A DNA stretch of 64,000 bases from Octopus sinensis (GCF_006345805.1 NW_021832282.1:62001-126000), one strand, 5' to 3'; numbered from the stretch's first letter, positions 30,301 to 42,951 are shown. Notes: generated by a model not told the origin, from the sequence alone. Translations and numbers: made by a program.

Positions 30301-33300
30301 TTCAATCTGACCATTCATTAACGAACTCTCTGTATGTCTCTTTTCATGTCTATATTTTAATCTACGTAGAGACCATTCAATCTGACCATTCATTAACGAA
30401 CTCTCTGTATGTCTCTTTTCATGTCTATATTTTAATCTACGCAGAGACCATTCAATCTGACCATTCATTAACGAACTCTCTGTACGTCTCTTTTCATGTC
30501 TATATTTTAATCTACGTAGAGACCATTCATTAACGAACTCTCTGTATGTCTCTTTTCATGTCTATATTTTAATCTACGTAGAGACCATTCAATCTGACCA
30601 TTCATTAACGAACTCTCTGTATGTCTCTTTTCATGTCTATATTTTAATCTACGCAGAGACCATTCATTAACGAACTCTCTGTATGTCTCTTTTCATGTCT
30701 ATATTTTAATCTACGTAGAGACCATTCAATCTGACCATTCATTAACGAACTCTCTGTATGTCTCTTTTCATATCTATATTTTAATCTACGCAGAGACCAT
30801 TCAATCTGACCATTCACTAACGAACTCTCTGTATGTCTCTTTTCATGTCTATATTTTAATCTACGTAGAGACCATTCAATCTGACCATTCATTAACGAAC
30901 TCTCTGTATGTCTCTTTTCATGTCTATATTTTAATCTACGCAGAGACCATTCATTAACGAACTCTCTGTATGTCTCTTTTCATGTCTATATTTTAATCTA
31001 CGTAGAGACCATTCAATCTGACCATCATTAACGAACTCTCTGTATGTCTCTTTCATGTCTATATTTTAATCTACGCAGAGACCATTCAATCTGACCATTC
31101 ATTAACGAACTCTCTGTATGTCTCTTTACATGTCTATATTTTAATCTAAATAGAGACCATTCAATCTGACCATTCATTAACGAACTCTCTGTATGTCTCT
31201 TTCATGTCTATATTTTAATCTACGCAGAGACCATTCAATCTGACCATTCATTAACGAACTCTCTGTATGTCTCTTTTCATGTCTATATTTTAATCTACGC
31301 AGAGACCATTCAATCTGACCATTCATTAACGAACTCTCTCTGTATGTCTCTTTTCATGTCTATATTTTAATCTACGCAGAGACCATTCAATCTGACCGTT
31401 CATTAACGAACTCTCTCTCTATGTCTATATACATGATATTTTAATCTACGCAGAGACCATTCAATCTGACCATTCATTAACGAACTCTCTGTATGTCTCT
31501 TTTCATGTCTATATTTTAATCTACGCAGAGACCATTCAATCTGACCATTCATTAACGAATCTCTGTATGTCTCTTTTCATGTCTATATTTTATCTACGCA
31601 GAGACCATTCAATCTGACCATTCATTAACGAACTCTCTGTATGTCTCTTTTCATGTCTATATTTAATCTACGTAGAGACCATTCAATGACCATTCATTAA
31701 CGAACTCTCTGTATGTCTCTTTTCATGTCTATATTTTAATCTACGCAGAGACCATTCAATCTGACCATTCACTAACGAACTCTCTGTATGTCTCTTTTCA
31801 TGTCTATATTTTAATCTACGTAGAGACCATTCAATCTGACCATTCATTAACGAACTCTCTGTATGTCTCTTTTCATGTCTATATTTTAATCTACGCAGAG
31901 ACCATTCATAAACGAACTCTCTGTATGTCTCTTTTCATGTCTATATTTTAATCTACGTAGAGACCATTCAATCTGACCATTCATTAACGAACTCTCTGTA
32001 TGTCTTTTCATGTCTATATTTTAATCTACGCAGAGACCATTCAATCTGACCATTCATTAACGAACTCTCTCTATGTCTATATACATGACTATATTTTAAT
32101 CTAAGCAGAGACCATTCAATCTGACCATTCATTAACGAACTCTCTGATGTCTCTTTTCATGTCTATATTTTAATCTACGCAGAGACCATTCAATCTGACC
32201 ATTCATTAACGAACTCTCTGTATGTCTCTTTTCATGTCTATATATTTAATCTACGTAGAGACCATTCAATCTGACCATTCATTAACGAACTCTCTGTATG
32301 TCTCTTTTCATGTCTATATTTTAATCTACGCAGAGACCATTCAATCAGACCATTCATTAACGAACTCTCTGTACGTCTCTTTTCATGTCTATATTTAATC
32401 TACGTAGAGACCATTCATTAACGAACTCTCTGTATGTCTCTTTTCATGTCTATATTTAATCTACGTAGAGACCATTCAATCTGACCATTCATTAACGAAC
32501 TCTCTGTATGTCTCTTTTCATGTCTATATTTTAATCTACGCAGAGACCATTCATTAACGAACTCTCTGTATGTCTCTTTTCATGTCTATATTTTAATCTA
32601 CGTAGAGACATTCAATCTGACCATTCATTAACGAACTCTCTGTATGTCTCTTTTCATATCTATATTTTAATTACGCAGAGACCATTCAATCTGACCATTC
32701 ACTAACGAACTCTCTGTATGTCTCTTTTCATGTCTATATTTAATCTACGTAGAGACCATTCAATCTGACCATTCATTAACGAACTCTCTGTATGTCTCTT
32801 TTCATGTCTATATTTTAATCTACGCAGAGACCATTCATTAACGAACTCTCTGTATGTCTCTTTTCATGTCTATTTTAATCTACGTAGAGGACCATTCAAT
32901 CTGACCATTCATTAACGAACTCTCTGTATGTCTCTTTTCATGTCTATATTTTAATCTACGCAGAGACCATTCAATCTGACCATTCATTAACGAACTCTCT
33001 GTATGTCTCTTTACATGTCTATATTTTAATCTAAATAGAGACCATTCAATCTGACCATTCATTAACGAACTCTCTGTATGTCTCTTTTCATGTCTATATT
33101 TTAATCTACGCAGAGACCATTCAATCTGACCATTCATTAACGAACTCTCTGTATGTCTCTTTTCATGTCTATATTTTAATCTACGCAGAGACCATTCAAT
33201 CTGACCATTCATTAACGAACTCTCTGTATGTCTCTTTTCATGTCTATATTTTAATCTACGCAGAGACCATTCAATCTGACCGTTCATTAACGAACTCTCT

Positions 33301-34885
33301 CTATGTCTATATACATGACTATATTTTAATCTACGCAGAGACCATTCAATCTGACCATTCATTAACGAACTCTCTGTATGTCTCTTTTCATGTCTATATT
33401 TTAATCTACGCAGAGACCATTCAATCTGACCATTCATTAACGAACTCTCTGTATGTCTCTTTTCATGTCTATATTTTAATCTACGTAGAGACCATTCAAT
33501 CTGACCATTCATTAACGAACTCTCTCTATGTCTCTTTTCATGTCTATATTTTAATCTACGTAGAGACCATTCAATCTGACCATTCATTAACGAACTCTCC
33601 GTATGTCTCTTTTCATGTCTATATTTTAATCTACGCAGAGACCATTCAATCTGACCATTCATTAACGAACTTTCTGTATGTCTCTTTTCATGTCTATATT
33701 TTAATCTATGTAGAGACCATTCAATCTGACCATTCATTAACGAACTCTCTGTATGTCTCTTTTCATGTCTATATTTTAATCTACGTAGAGACCATTCAAT
33801 CTGACCATTCATTAACGAACTCTCTCTATGTCTCTTTACATGTCTATATTTTAATCTACGCAGAGACCATTCAATCTGACCATTCATTAACGAACTCTCT
33901 GTATGTCTCTTTACATGTCTATATTTTAATCTACGCAGAGACCATTCAATCTGACCATTCATTAACGAACTCTCTGTACGTCTCTTTTCATGTCTATATT
34001 TTAATCTACGTAGAGACCATTCAATCTGACCATTCATTAACGAACTCTCTCTATGACTCTTTACATGTCTATATTTTAATCTACGCAGAGACCATTCAAT
34101 CTGACCATTCATTAACGAACTCTCTCTATGTCTCTTTACATGTCTATATTTTAATCTACGTAGAGACCATTCAATCTGACCATTCATTAACGAACTCTCT
34201 CTATGTCTCTTTACATGTCTATATTTTAATCTACACAGAGACCATTCAATCTGACCATTCATTAACGAACTCTCTCTATGTCTCTTTACATGTCTATATT
34301 TTAATCTACGTAGAGACCATTCAATCTGACCATTCATTAACGAACTCTCTCTATGTCTATATACATGGCTATATTTTAATCTACGTAGAGACCATTCATT
34401 AACGAACTCTCTCTATGTCTATATACATGACTATATTTTAATCTACGTAGAGACCATTCAATCTGACCATTCATTAACGAACTCTCTCTATGTCTATATA
34501 CATGGCTATATTTTAATCTACGTAGAGACCATTGAATCTGACCATTCATTAACGAACTCTCTTTATGTCTATATACATGGCTATATTTTAATCTACGTAG
34601 AGACCATTCAATCTGACCATTCATTAACGAACTCTCTCTATGTCTATATACATGACTATATTTTAATCTACGTAGAGACCATTCAATCTGACCATTCATT
34701 AACGAACTCTCTCTATGTCTATATACATGGCTATATTTTAATCTACGTAGAGACCATTCATTAACGAACTCTCTCTATGTCTATATACATGGCTATATTT
34801 TAATCTACGCAGAGACCATTCAATTTGACCCTTCATTAATGAACTCTCTCTATGTCTATATACATGGCTATATTTTAATCTACGC
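3339..34885. repeat. ~31.5-kb satellite array, 75-bp monomer (~415 copies); degenerate to ~3780, homogeneous thereafter
   Basis: Consensus GACCATTCAATCTGACCATTCATTAACGAACTCTCTCTATGTCTATATACATGGCTATATTTTAATCTACGCAGA (75 nt), matching the 25-aa periodicity in the ORF track. 62-bp variants lack the 13 bp between the two internal GACCATTCA repeats. Confidence 0.98.
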
Positions 34886-35105
34886 AAAGTGCATTGAAAA
34901 TCACCGTGTCCGCATTATCCCTTGACGTAGAAATAGACAGATTTTTGTGTACCACATGCATATAATTTGCAGAAGACCCACATACCAACAGACATCCAAG
35001 TGGTAAATCGAAAATATATCTCACTGTATATTTTCCGCAAGAACACAAGAAAGATCCTGAAATGTAATAGATTATACTCGAAGATACTGCTGCTTATCAA
35101 CTCTT

Positions 35106-35262
35106 GGCGATCCTTCGGTACAGGTACCGGAAATGGCTTTGTTTACGTTTCTGAAGTTAACAGAAACCCTTTTCTCCCACCCCTAACCTTAACCTAACAC
35201 CCCATTTATATAAAAAAAACACTTTCTTGAAACGTATCCAGTACCTATACCGAAGTTACTCC
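35106..35262 (+). mobile_element. MITE X (copy 3) with a perfect 8-bp TSD; candidate Merlin-type non-autonomous element
   Basis: CAACTCTT at 35098-35105 and 35263-35270; termini GGCGATCCTTCGGTA / TACCGAAGTTACTCC. Confidence 0.75.
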
Positions 35263-35291
35263 CAACTCTTAAAGAATTCCTTGAGGATTAA

Positions 35292-35494
35292 CCCTTTTGT
35301 TACCAACCTGGCTCTGTGGTACAAATGTCTTGTTTTCACAACTTTTGAATTAAAATCTTCCACCAGACTTTAATCACAATTTACGTTCCTAACACTGGCT
35401 TAATGATAACTAAGTTATTTTACTAAATTCCTTGTTATATTTAAAATTAATTGAAAGAAACACAGCATCTCGACAGAATATGGTAACAAAAGGG
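35292..35494. mobile_element. piggyBac-type MITE (copy 1)
   Basis: TTAA|CCCTTTTGTTACCA ... TGGTAACAAAAGGG|TTAA. TTAA TSD and CCC/GGG termini are piggyBac hallmarks. Confidence 0.8.
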
Positions 35495-35525
35495 TTAAAA
35501 TATATAATAGAGAAACAATTCTTAA

Positions 35526-35745
35526 CCCTTTTGTTACCAACCCAGCTGAAACCAGCTCTGGCTCTGTGTACAAAAGTCTTGTTTTCATAAGTTCTGAATT
35601 AAAATCTTCCACCAAATCTTAGTCACAATTAATGTTCCTAACACTAGCTTAATGATAACGAAGTTATTTTACTAAATTCTTTGTTATATTTAAAGTAATT
35701 GAAAGAAACACAGAGCATCTCAAAATAAATAAAGTAACGAAAGGG
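35526..35745. mobile_element. piggyBac-type MITE (copy 2)
   Basis: TTAA|CCCTTTTGTTACC ... GTAACGAAAGGG|TTAA; internal sequence homologous to copy 1. Confidence 0.8.
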
Positions 35746-35967
35746 TTAATTAATATGGAAGGTGTTAATTTATTTCATTTGCCATAAAGGCATTACAAAG
35801 AGCAGCTTACAGGCTGCACATATACATTGATGAGGTCAATGATGAAACGAGGATGATATTGATGAGAGAAGGCAGAAAACGCCCTCCGATTTTCTGCTTC
35901 TCTAAAACATTGTTCTTTTTTTTTATATCAAAAACAACAATTATTGCACTTAATAGTCCATTACAAA

Positions 35968-36345
35968 TACTCTTTTACTTGTTTCAGTCAGTTGACTGCG
36001 GCCATGCTGGAGCACCGCCTTTAGTCGAGCAACTCGACCCCGGGACTTATTCTTTTGTAAGCCCAGTACTTATTCTATCGGTCTCTTTTTGCCGAACCGC
36101 TAGGGGACATAAACACACCACACAAACACACCATAAACACAGACACACCATAAACACAGACACACAAACACACACGCATATATACATATATACAACAGGC
36201 TTCTTTCAGTTTCCGTCTACCAAATCCACTCACAAGGCTTTGGTTGGCCCGGGGTTATAGCAGAAGACACTTGCCCAAGGTGCCAAACCGCAAAGTGACG
36301 GGGACATAAACACACCAGCATCGGCTGTGAAGCTATGCTAGGGGA
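35968..36345 (-). mobile_element. SINE family E, partial and rearranged copy
   Basis: TACTCTTTTACTTGTTTCAGTC...GGAGCACCGCC and CTTCTTTCAGTTTCCGTCTACC segments match the full copy at 56301-56770. Confidence 0.75.
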
Positions 36346-36359
36346 AAAAAAAAAAAAAA

Positions 36360-36612
36360 TTCAATTTCTGCAATTTCAACCAATCAATGATGTCCTTTGA
36401 GCTAAAAAAACATTCTGTGCCGTATGAATATGTCCCTCGTTTAAGAAACAGATTGGGTGTATTTACATTTGTGAAGAAAAAAAGATACCCTTCCCCCACC
36501 CCTAACCCTAAAACAGATTGAAATGCAATAGATCGATACTAGGGTCATAATTATGGGTGACAATTTCATATGACACCACTAGAAAAAACTGCCGGTCAAA
36601 CCGAAAAGATCC
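36360..36612 (-). mobile_element. MITE family C, half copy
   Basis: Ends in the TIR AAAAAACTGCCGGTCAAACCGAAAAGATCC; contains CCCACCCCTAACCCTAA. Confidence 0.75.
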
Positions 36613-36796
36613 ACCCTTTGCCTTAAACATCCCCACTTGTTTCCAAACTTTTAGCTAGCCCTCGTTTTCTATGCTCTGAGTTGCATAAAGCTTTCCTAAG
36701 TCTCCAGTTACTTAGATAGGTGGAAAAGAAATACGGAATATGTATTATATATAATGCATGGACACCAGGGAAATATATCCTGTGTATCTCCTATGT

Positions 36797-37176
36797 TGCA
36801 ATGGCCCAGTGGTTAGGGCAGTTGACTCGCGGTCGTAGGATTGCGGTTTCGATTCCCAGACCGGGCGTTGTGAGTGTTTATTGAGCGAAAACACCTAAAA
36901 AGCTCCACGAGGCTCCGGCAGGGATGGTGGTGATCCCTGCTGTACTCTTTCACCACAACTTTCTCTCACTCTTACTACCTGTTTCTGTTGTACCTGTATT
37001 TCAAGGGGCCGGCCTTGTCACTCTCTGTGTCACGCTGAATATCCCCCGAGAACTACGTTAAGGGTGCACGTGTCTGTGGAGTTGCTCAGCCACTTACACA
37101 TTAATTTCACGAGCAGGCTGTTCCGTTGATTCGGATCAACCGGAACCCTCGTCGTCGTAACCGACGGAGTGCTTCC
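36797..37176 (+). mobile_element. SINE family B with an 11-bp TSD
   Basis: Head GCAATGGCCCAGTGGTTAGG...GGTTTCGATTCCC. ATCTCCTATGT at 36786-36796 and 37177-37187. Confidence 0.85.
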
Positions 37177-37196
37177 ATCTCCTATGTACAGGGGGT

Positions 37197-37400
37197 ATAC
37201 TCTTTTACTTGTTTCAGTCATTTGACTGTGGCCATGCTGGGGCACTGCCTTTAGTTGATCAAATCGACCCCAGAACTTATTCTTTGTAAGCCCAGTACTT
37301 ATTCTATCGGTCTCTTGCTGAACTGCTAAGTTACAGGGACGTAAACACACCAGCATCGGTTGTCAAGTGATGTTGGGGGTACAAACACAGACACACAAAT
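37197..37400 (-). mobile_element. SINE family E, 3' half
   Basis: ATACTCTTTTACTTGTTTCAGTCATTTGACTG...CATCGGTTGTCAAG matches 56301-56490. Confidence 0.75.
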
Positions 37401-37404
37401 ACAT

Positions 37405-37442
37405 GCATACATATATATATATACATAAATATATATACATAA

Positions 37443-37503
<61 letters not shown>

Positions 37504-37518
37504 AATATATATACATAA

Positions 37519-37561
<43 letters not shown>
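37405..37561. repeat. (TA)n-rich microsatellite
   Basis: Direct reading. Confidence 0.95.
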
Positions 37562-37566
<5 letters not shown>

Positions 37567-37956
37567 GATGACGTTTTTCTTCAGTGGTCAAACTTGTCGT
37601 TCTGCTTGGCTGGTTTCCTAAACAGGATACAGTTGGGGGTCTTTTCCTTATATTCGTTGAAGCTTGGCTTTGATTGGTTTGGAATTATATGACGTCAGTG
37701 AACGGTGCCAGAGACCACGGCTACTACTGCTTTCACAGCCACAGCTTAACTGATATAAACCCAACCATCACAAGTTTACCAAAACTACGCTAACAGTCGA
37801 CGACCAAGAATCACTACTGTTGCTCCCATTGGAACACAAGGTAAAAATCTATAATGAACTCCTGCACTACACTCGACAAAACAGTAAGGAACGACTATGG
37901 ATTTTTTCTATTATACTCTTTATAATATATTTGATAAGGTTCGCCTTTTTAAGAAC

Positions 37957-38664
37957 ATGGACTCTATTGAATGTATGTAACAATTATGAACTGTTCCATT
38001 ATACACTTTATGTATATAACATGGACTCTATTGAATGTAACAATTATGAACTGTTCCATTATACACTTTATGTATATAACATGGACTCTATTGAATGTAA
38101 CAATTATGAACTGTTCCATTATACACTTTATGTATATAACATGGACTCTATTGAATGTAACAATTATGAACTGTTCCATTATACACTTTATGTATATAAC
38201 ATGGACTCTATTGAATGTAACAATTATGAACTGTTCCATTATACACTTTATGTATATAACATGGACTCTATTGAATGTAACAATTATGAACTGTTCCATT
38301 ATACACTTTATGTATATAACATGGACTCTATTGAATGTAACAATTATGAACTGTTCCATTATACACTTTATGTATATAACATGGACTCTATTGAATGTAA
38401 CAATTATGAACTGTTCCATTATACACTTTATGTATATAACATGGACTCTATTGAATGTAACAATTATGAACTGTTCCATTATACACTTTATGTATATAAC
38501 ATGGACTCTATTGAATGTAACAATTATGAACTGTTCCATTATACACTTTATGTATATAACATGGACTCTATTGAATGTAACAATTATGAACTGTTCCATT
38601 ATACACTTTATGTATATAACATGGACTCTATTGAATGTAACAATTATGAACTGTTCCATTATAC
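37957..38664. repeat. 60-bp tandem repeat, 11 identical copies plus partials
   Basis: CAATTATGAACTGTTCCATTATACACTTTATGTATATAACATGGACTCTATTGAATGTAA restarts every 60 nt from 37981 to 38641, with no substitution seen in the full copies. Confidence 0.97.
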
Positions 38665-38829
38665 TCTTTATTATAAAAAAATTTTTTTGATAAGGTTCGT
38701 TATTTCAAGAACCGAAACATGTAAAATTAAAATTTATCTAATATAGTGGCATTTTCAGACATCTTTTTTTTTTATTTATATATATATATATATATTATAT
38801 ATATATATATACATATATATACATATATA

Positions 38830-38996
38830 ACGGGAAGCTTTATGAAAATAGACAAAAGACGAAGGCAGGTTTACGGAAATAAACAAAAGACGAAGGCAGG
38901 TGGAATACAAACAAACAATTGTATTAGTATGGCGCTCAGGAAATATAAATAAAACAAGTCTTTAACGTTTCGACCCTACGCTCTTCAACAGAAAGA
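38830..38996 (-). mobile_element. Probable Penelope-like terminal-repeat remnant with a decayed minimal hammerhead motif (38959-38996)
   Basis: Minus strand TCTTT CTGTTGA AGAGCGTAGGGTC GAAACGT T AAAGA: stem I TCTTT/AAAGA, ACGT palindromic stem III, core altered at A6. Confidence 0.45.
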
Positions 38997-39125
38997 TACA
39001 CACATATATATATACATATACATATATATATACATATACATATATATATACATATACATATATATATACATATACATATATATATACATATACATATATA
39101 TATACATATACATATATATATATAT

Positions 39126-41101
39126 CCGAACATGGCCGTAGTCAGTACCGCATCACTGGCCATCGTGCTGTGGGCACATAACAAACACCATCCGGTCGTG
39201 GCCGTTCGCCAGCCTCATCTAGCACCTGTGTCGGTGGCACATAGAAACACCATCCGAAGACCCGGCAAGACTAGTCAGGCCATAAACCATGGCCCCTACT
39301 TGGGACGTAGTCAGTCCACCTGTGCATACCTTCCTCCTTGTGATACTTGTGAAGGCCTGTTGAGGCAAGTGAAAATCAAAATCAAAATCAAATCAAAACA
39401 AATCAAAATAGATGAACATCAATGGAATTTGTATCTTTGTGGTACCAGTGCCGGTGGCACACAAGAGAAAACCATCCGAAAGTGGCCGTAGCCAGTACCG
39501 CATCGACTGGCCTCCGTGCTGTGGGCACATGACAAACACCATCCGATCGTGGTCGTTCGCCAGCCTCATCTAGCACCTGTGTCGGTGGCACATAAAAACA
39601 CCATCCGAAGACCCGGCAAGACTAGTCAGGTCATAACCCATGGCCTCTACCTGGGACGTAGTCAGTCCACCTGTGCATTCCTTCCTTCTTGTGACACTTG
39701 TGAAGACCTGTTGAGGCAAGTGAAAATCAAAATCAAAACAAATCAAAATAGATGAACATCAATGGAATCTGTATCTTTGTGGTACCAGTGCCGGTGGCAC
39801 ACAAGAGAACCATCCGAACGTGGCCGTAGCCAGTTCCGCATCGACCGGCCTCCGTGCTGTGGGCACGTAACAAACACCATCCGATCATGGCCGTTCGCCA
39901 GCCTCATCTGGCACCTGTGTCGGTGGCACATAAAAACACCTTCCGAAGACCCGGCAAGACTAGTCAGTCCACCTGTGCATACCTTCCTTCTTGTGACACT
40001 TGTGAAGACCGGTTGAGGCAAGTGAAAATCAAAATCAAATCAAATCAAAATAGACAAAATAGATGAACATCAATGGAATTTGTATCTTGTAGTACCAGTG
40101 CCTGTGGCACACAAGAAATCCATCAGTGCGGTGGGCACATGACAAACACCATCCGATCGTGGCCGTTCGCCAGCCTCATCTAGCACCTGTGTCGGTGGCA
40201 CATAAAAACACCATCCGAAGACCCGGCAAGACTAGTCAGGTCATAACCCATGGCCCCTACCTGGGACGTAGTCAGTCCACCTGTGCATACCTTCCTTCTT
40301 GTGACACTTGTGAAGACCTGTTGAGGCAAGTGAAAATCAAAACAAATCAAAATAGATGAACATCAATGGAATTTGGATCTTTGTGGTACCAGTGCCGGTG
40401 GCACGTGGCACACAAGAAAACCATCCGAACGTGGCCGTAGCCAGTACCGCATCGACTGGCCTCCGTGCTGTGGGCACGTAACAAGCACCATCCGATCGTG
40501 GCCGTTTGCCAGCCTCATCTGGCACCTGTGTCGGTGGCACATAAAAAACACCATCCGAGCGTGGCCGTCTGCCAGCCTCGTCTGGCACCTGTGTCGGTGG
40601 CACATAAAAAACACCATCCAAGCGTGGCCGTTTGCCAGCCTCGTCTGGCACCTGTGTCGGTGGCACATAAAAAACACCATCCGAGCATGGCCGTCTGCCA
40701 GCCTCGTCTGGCACCTGTGTCGGTGGCACATAAAAAACACCATCCGAGCGTGGCCGTCTGCCAGCCTCATCTGGCACCTGTGTCGGTGGCACATAAAAAA
40801 CACCATCCGAGCGTGGCCGTCTGCCAGCCTCATCTGGCACCTGTGTCGGTGGCACATAAAAAACACCATCCCAGCGTGGCCGTTTGCCAGCCTCGTCTGG
40901 CACCTGTGTCGGTGGCACATAAAATCACCCACTACACTCTCGGAGTGGTTGGCGTTAGGAAGGGCATCCAGCTGTAGAAACACTGCCAGATCTGACTGGA
41001 CTGGTGCAGCTTTCGGGCTCCCCAGACCCCAGTTGAACCGTCCAACCCATGCTAGCATGGAAAGCGGACGTTAAATGATGATGATGATGATGATGATGAT
41101 G
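39126..41101 (+). mobile_element. Composite SINE-related repeat: four ~300-350-bp units, seven 63-bp units, then an RTE/Ceph-SINE-like 3' tail ending in (ATG)n
   Basis: Long units restart at ~39126, 39476, 39814, ~40125 (deleted) and 40425. ACCATCC 63-bp units run from ~40488 to ~40925. Tail GGTTGGCGTTAGGAAGGGCATCCAGCTGTAGAAA...ACCCATGCTAGCATGGAAAGCGGACGTTAAATGATGATG. Confidence 0.75.
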
Positions 41102-41435
41102 AAACCGAGCAAAAATGCATTAAAAATGCAGAAAAATGATCGTAATTTTTTTTTAAATCGTAGACACATTGTAGACATTTTTAGAGAGTTACTTCCCTTT
41201 AAAAAAATATGCATGAAAATGGAAAAAAATGATGGTAAATTATTTTTTAAATCGTAGACTCATTGTGGACACGTGCTAATACCCAGAAGGGCTTGATATG
41301 AATCACGACTATAAGATACCCGCTTTTGGCTAAAGTGCACCGCAAAATGTGGGAGTAGTTAGGAATCTAAATCGGAGTAGACAGACACTCATACACACAA
41401 CTTCAGTTTTATATATAAAGATATGTTTATATATA

Positions 41436-41667
41436 TATTTCTTTACTACCCACAAGGGGCTAAACACCGAGGGGACAACAAGGACAGACAAAGGGATTAA
41501 GTCGACTACATCGACCCCAGTGCGTAACTGGTACTTAATTTATCGACCCCGAAAGGATGAAAGGCAAAGTCGACCTCGGCGGAATTTGAACTCGGAACGT
41601 AACGACAGACGAAATACGGCTACGAATTTCGCCCGTTGTGCTAACGTTTCTGCCAGCTCGCCGCCTT
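41436..41667 (-). mobile_element. SINE family A, single full copy
   Basis: Reverse complement of the head and body at 105-336. Confidence 0.85.
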
Positions 41668-41699
41668 TTATATGTTTATATATATGGTGTATAAGAGAG

Positions 41700-41915
41700 C
41701 CATTTGCGTTGGTATGGTCATGTACTACGGATGGATGAGGAGAGATGTGTAAAGAAGTGCCACTCCCAAACAGTGAAAGGAATCTGGGGTAGAGGAAGTC
41801 TCAGGAAGACATGGGATGAGGTGGTCAAGCATGACCTTCGAATATTGGGCCTCACAGAGGAAATGACGAAGACCGAGACCTCTGGAGGTATGCTGTGACT
41901 GAGAAGACCCCGCAA
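41700..41915 (+). mobile_element. RTE-clade LINE ORF2 C-terminal fragment
   Basis: Translation RWYGHVLRMDEERCVKK...GRGSLRKTW resembles the RTE ORF2 C-terminal LRWxGHVxRM...GRPRKTW motif. Confidence 0.75.
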
Positions 41916-42014
41916 GTATTGAGTTCAAAGCTGTAACCTACACCAGTGTTGCATAACCAACCCACTCAAAAAGTACCTTCGATTATAGGGCAACATGCTG
42001 TGCTTGAGAAGACC

Positions 42015-42893
42015 TATATGTGTCTATATATATGTGTATGCATATATATATGTGTATGTTATGTTTATATATATGTATGCATAAACATTATATATATATA
42101 TATGCATATATAATATATATATACATATATATATATAATAGAAATATTAAAATTACTAAGTCTCTATAAGAATGCCATATTAATATGGCGATAACAATAT
42201 ATATATATATTATATACATACATATAATTACATATATATTAAATATATATATATTACATATATATAAACATATACATATATATATACATATATATATTAT
42301 ATATATACATATATATATACATATATATATAACATATATATAAACATATACATAATATATATACATATACATATATATATTATATATATATATATACATA
42401 TTATATATATACATATAATATATACATATATATATATATATACATATATATATACATATATATATATCATATACATATATATATACATATATATATATAC
42501 ATACATGTATATACATACATTATATATATACATATATATATAATACAACATATATATATACATACAATATATATATACATACATATATATATACATACAT
42601 ATATATATACATACATATATATATACATAATATATATATACATACATACATATATATATACATACATATATAATACATACATAATATATACATACATATA
42701 TATACATACATACTATATATATAATACATATATATACATACATACATATTATATAACATACATATATATATAAATAATATATACATACATACATACATAT
42801 ATATATACATACATACATATATATATATAGATACATATATATATATAGATACATATATATATATAGATACATATATATATATAGATACATATA

Positions 42894-42947
<54 letters not shown>

Positions 42948-42951
42948 TATA
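42015..42951. repeat. ~0.9-kb (TA)/(TACA) low-complexity tract
   Basis: Direct reading; source of the YI/CI-rich pseudo-ORFs. Confidence 0.95.

Noticed and set aside
3670-34699. Dozens of long ORFs with MNGQIEWSLRRLKY... or ETIQSDHSLTNSL... repeats
   Set aside because: These follow from a 75-bp (multiple of 3) monomer that lacks a stop in some frames. Indels break them at random and there is no unique flanking coding sequence.
3780-34885. Repeat array resembling CRISPR
   Set aside because: Monomers are contiguous with no unique spacers, there are no cas genes, and the context is eukaryotic.
36499-36512. CCCTAACCCTAA as an interstitial telomere
   Set aside because: Only 2-3 units, always inside MITE C or X copies; not a telomeric array.
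37670-37720. TGACGTCA, CCAAT and TATA-like motifs in LTR-like order on the minus strand
   Set aside because: No second LTR, PBS or TG..CA ends were seen; the motifs are short enough to occur by chance.
37820-38746. 308-, 239- and 231-aa ORFs over the 60-bp array
   Set aside because: The unit length is a multiple of 3 and several frames on both strands are open; no domain signature.
39132-41074. His/Cys/Pro-rich ORFs in several frames
   Set aside because: They are translations of the 63-bp and ~340-bp non-coding repeats on both strands.
42088-42940. YI/CI-rich ORFs
   Set aside because: Microsatellite translation.
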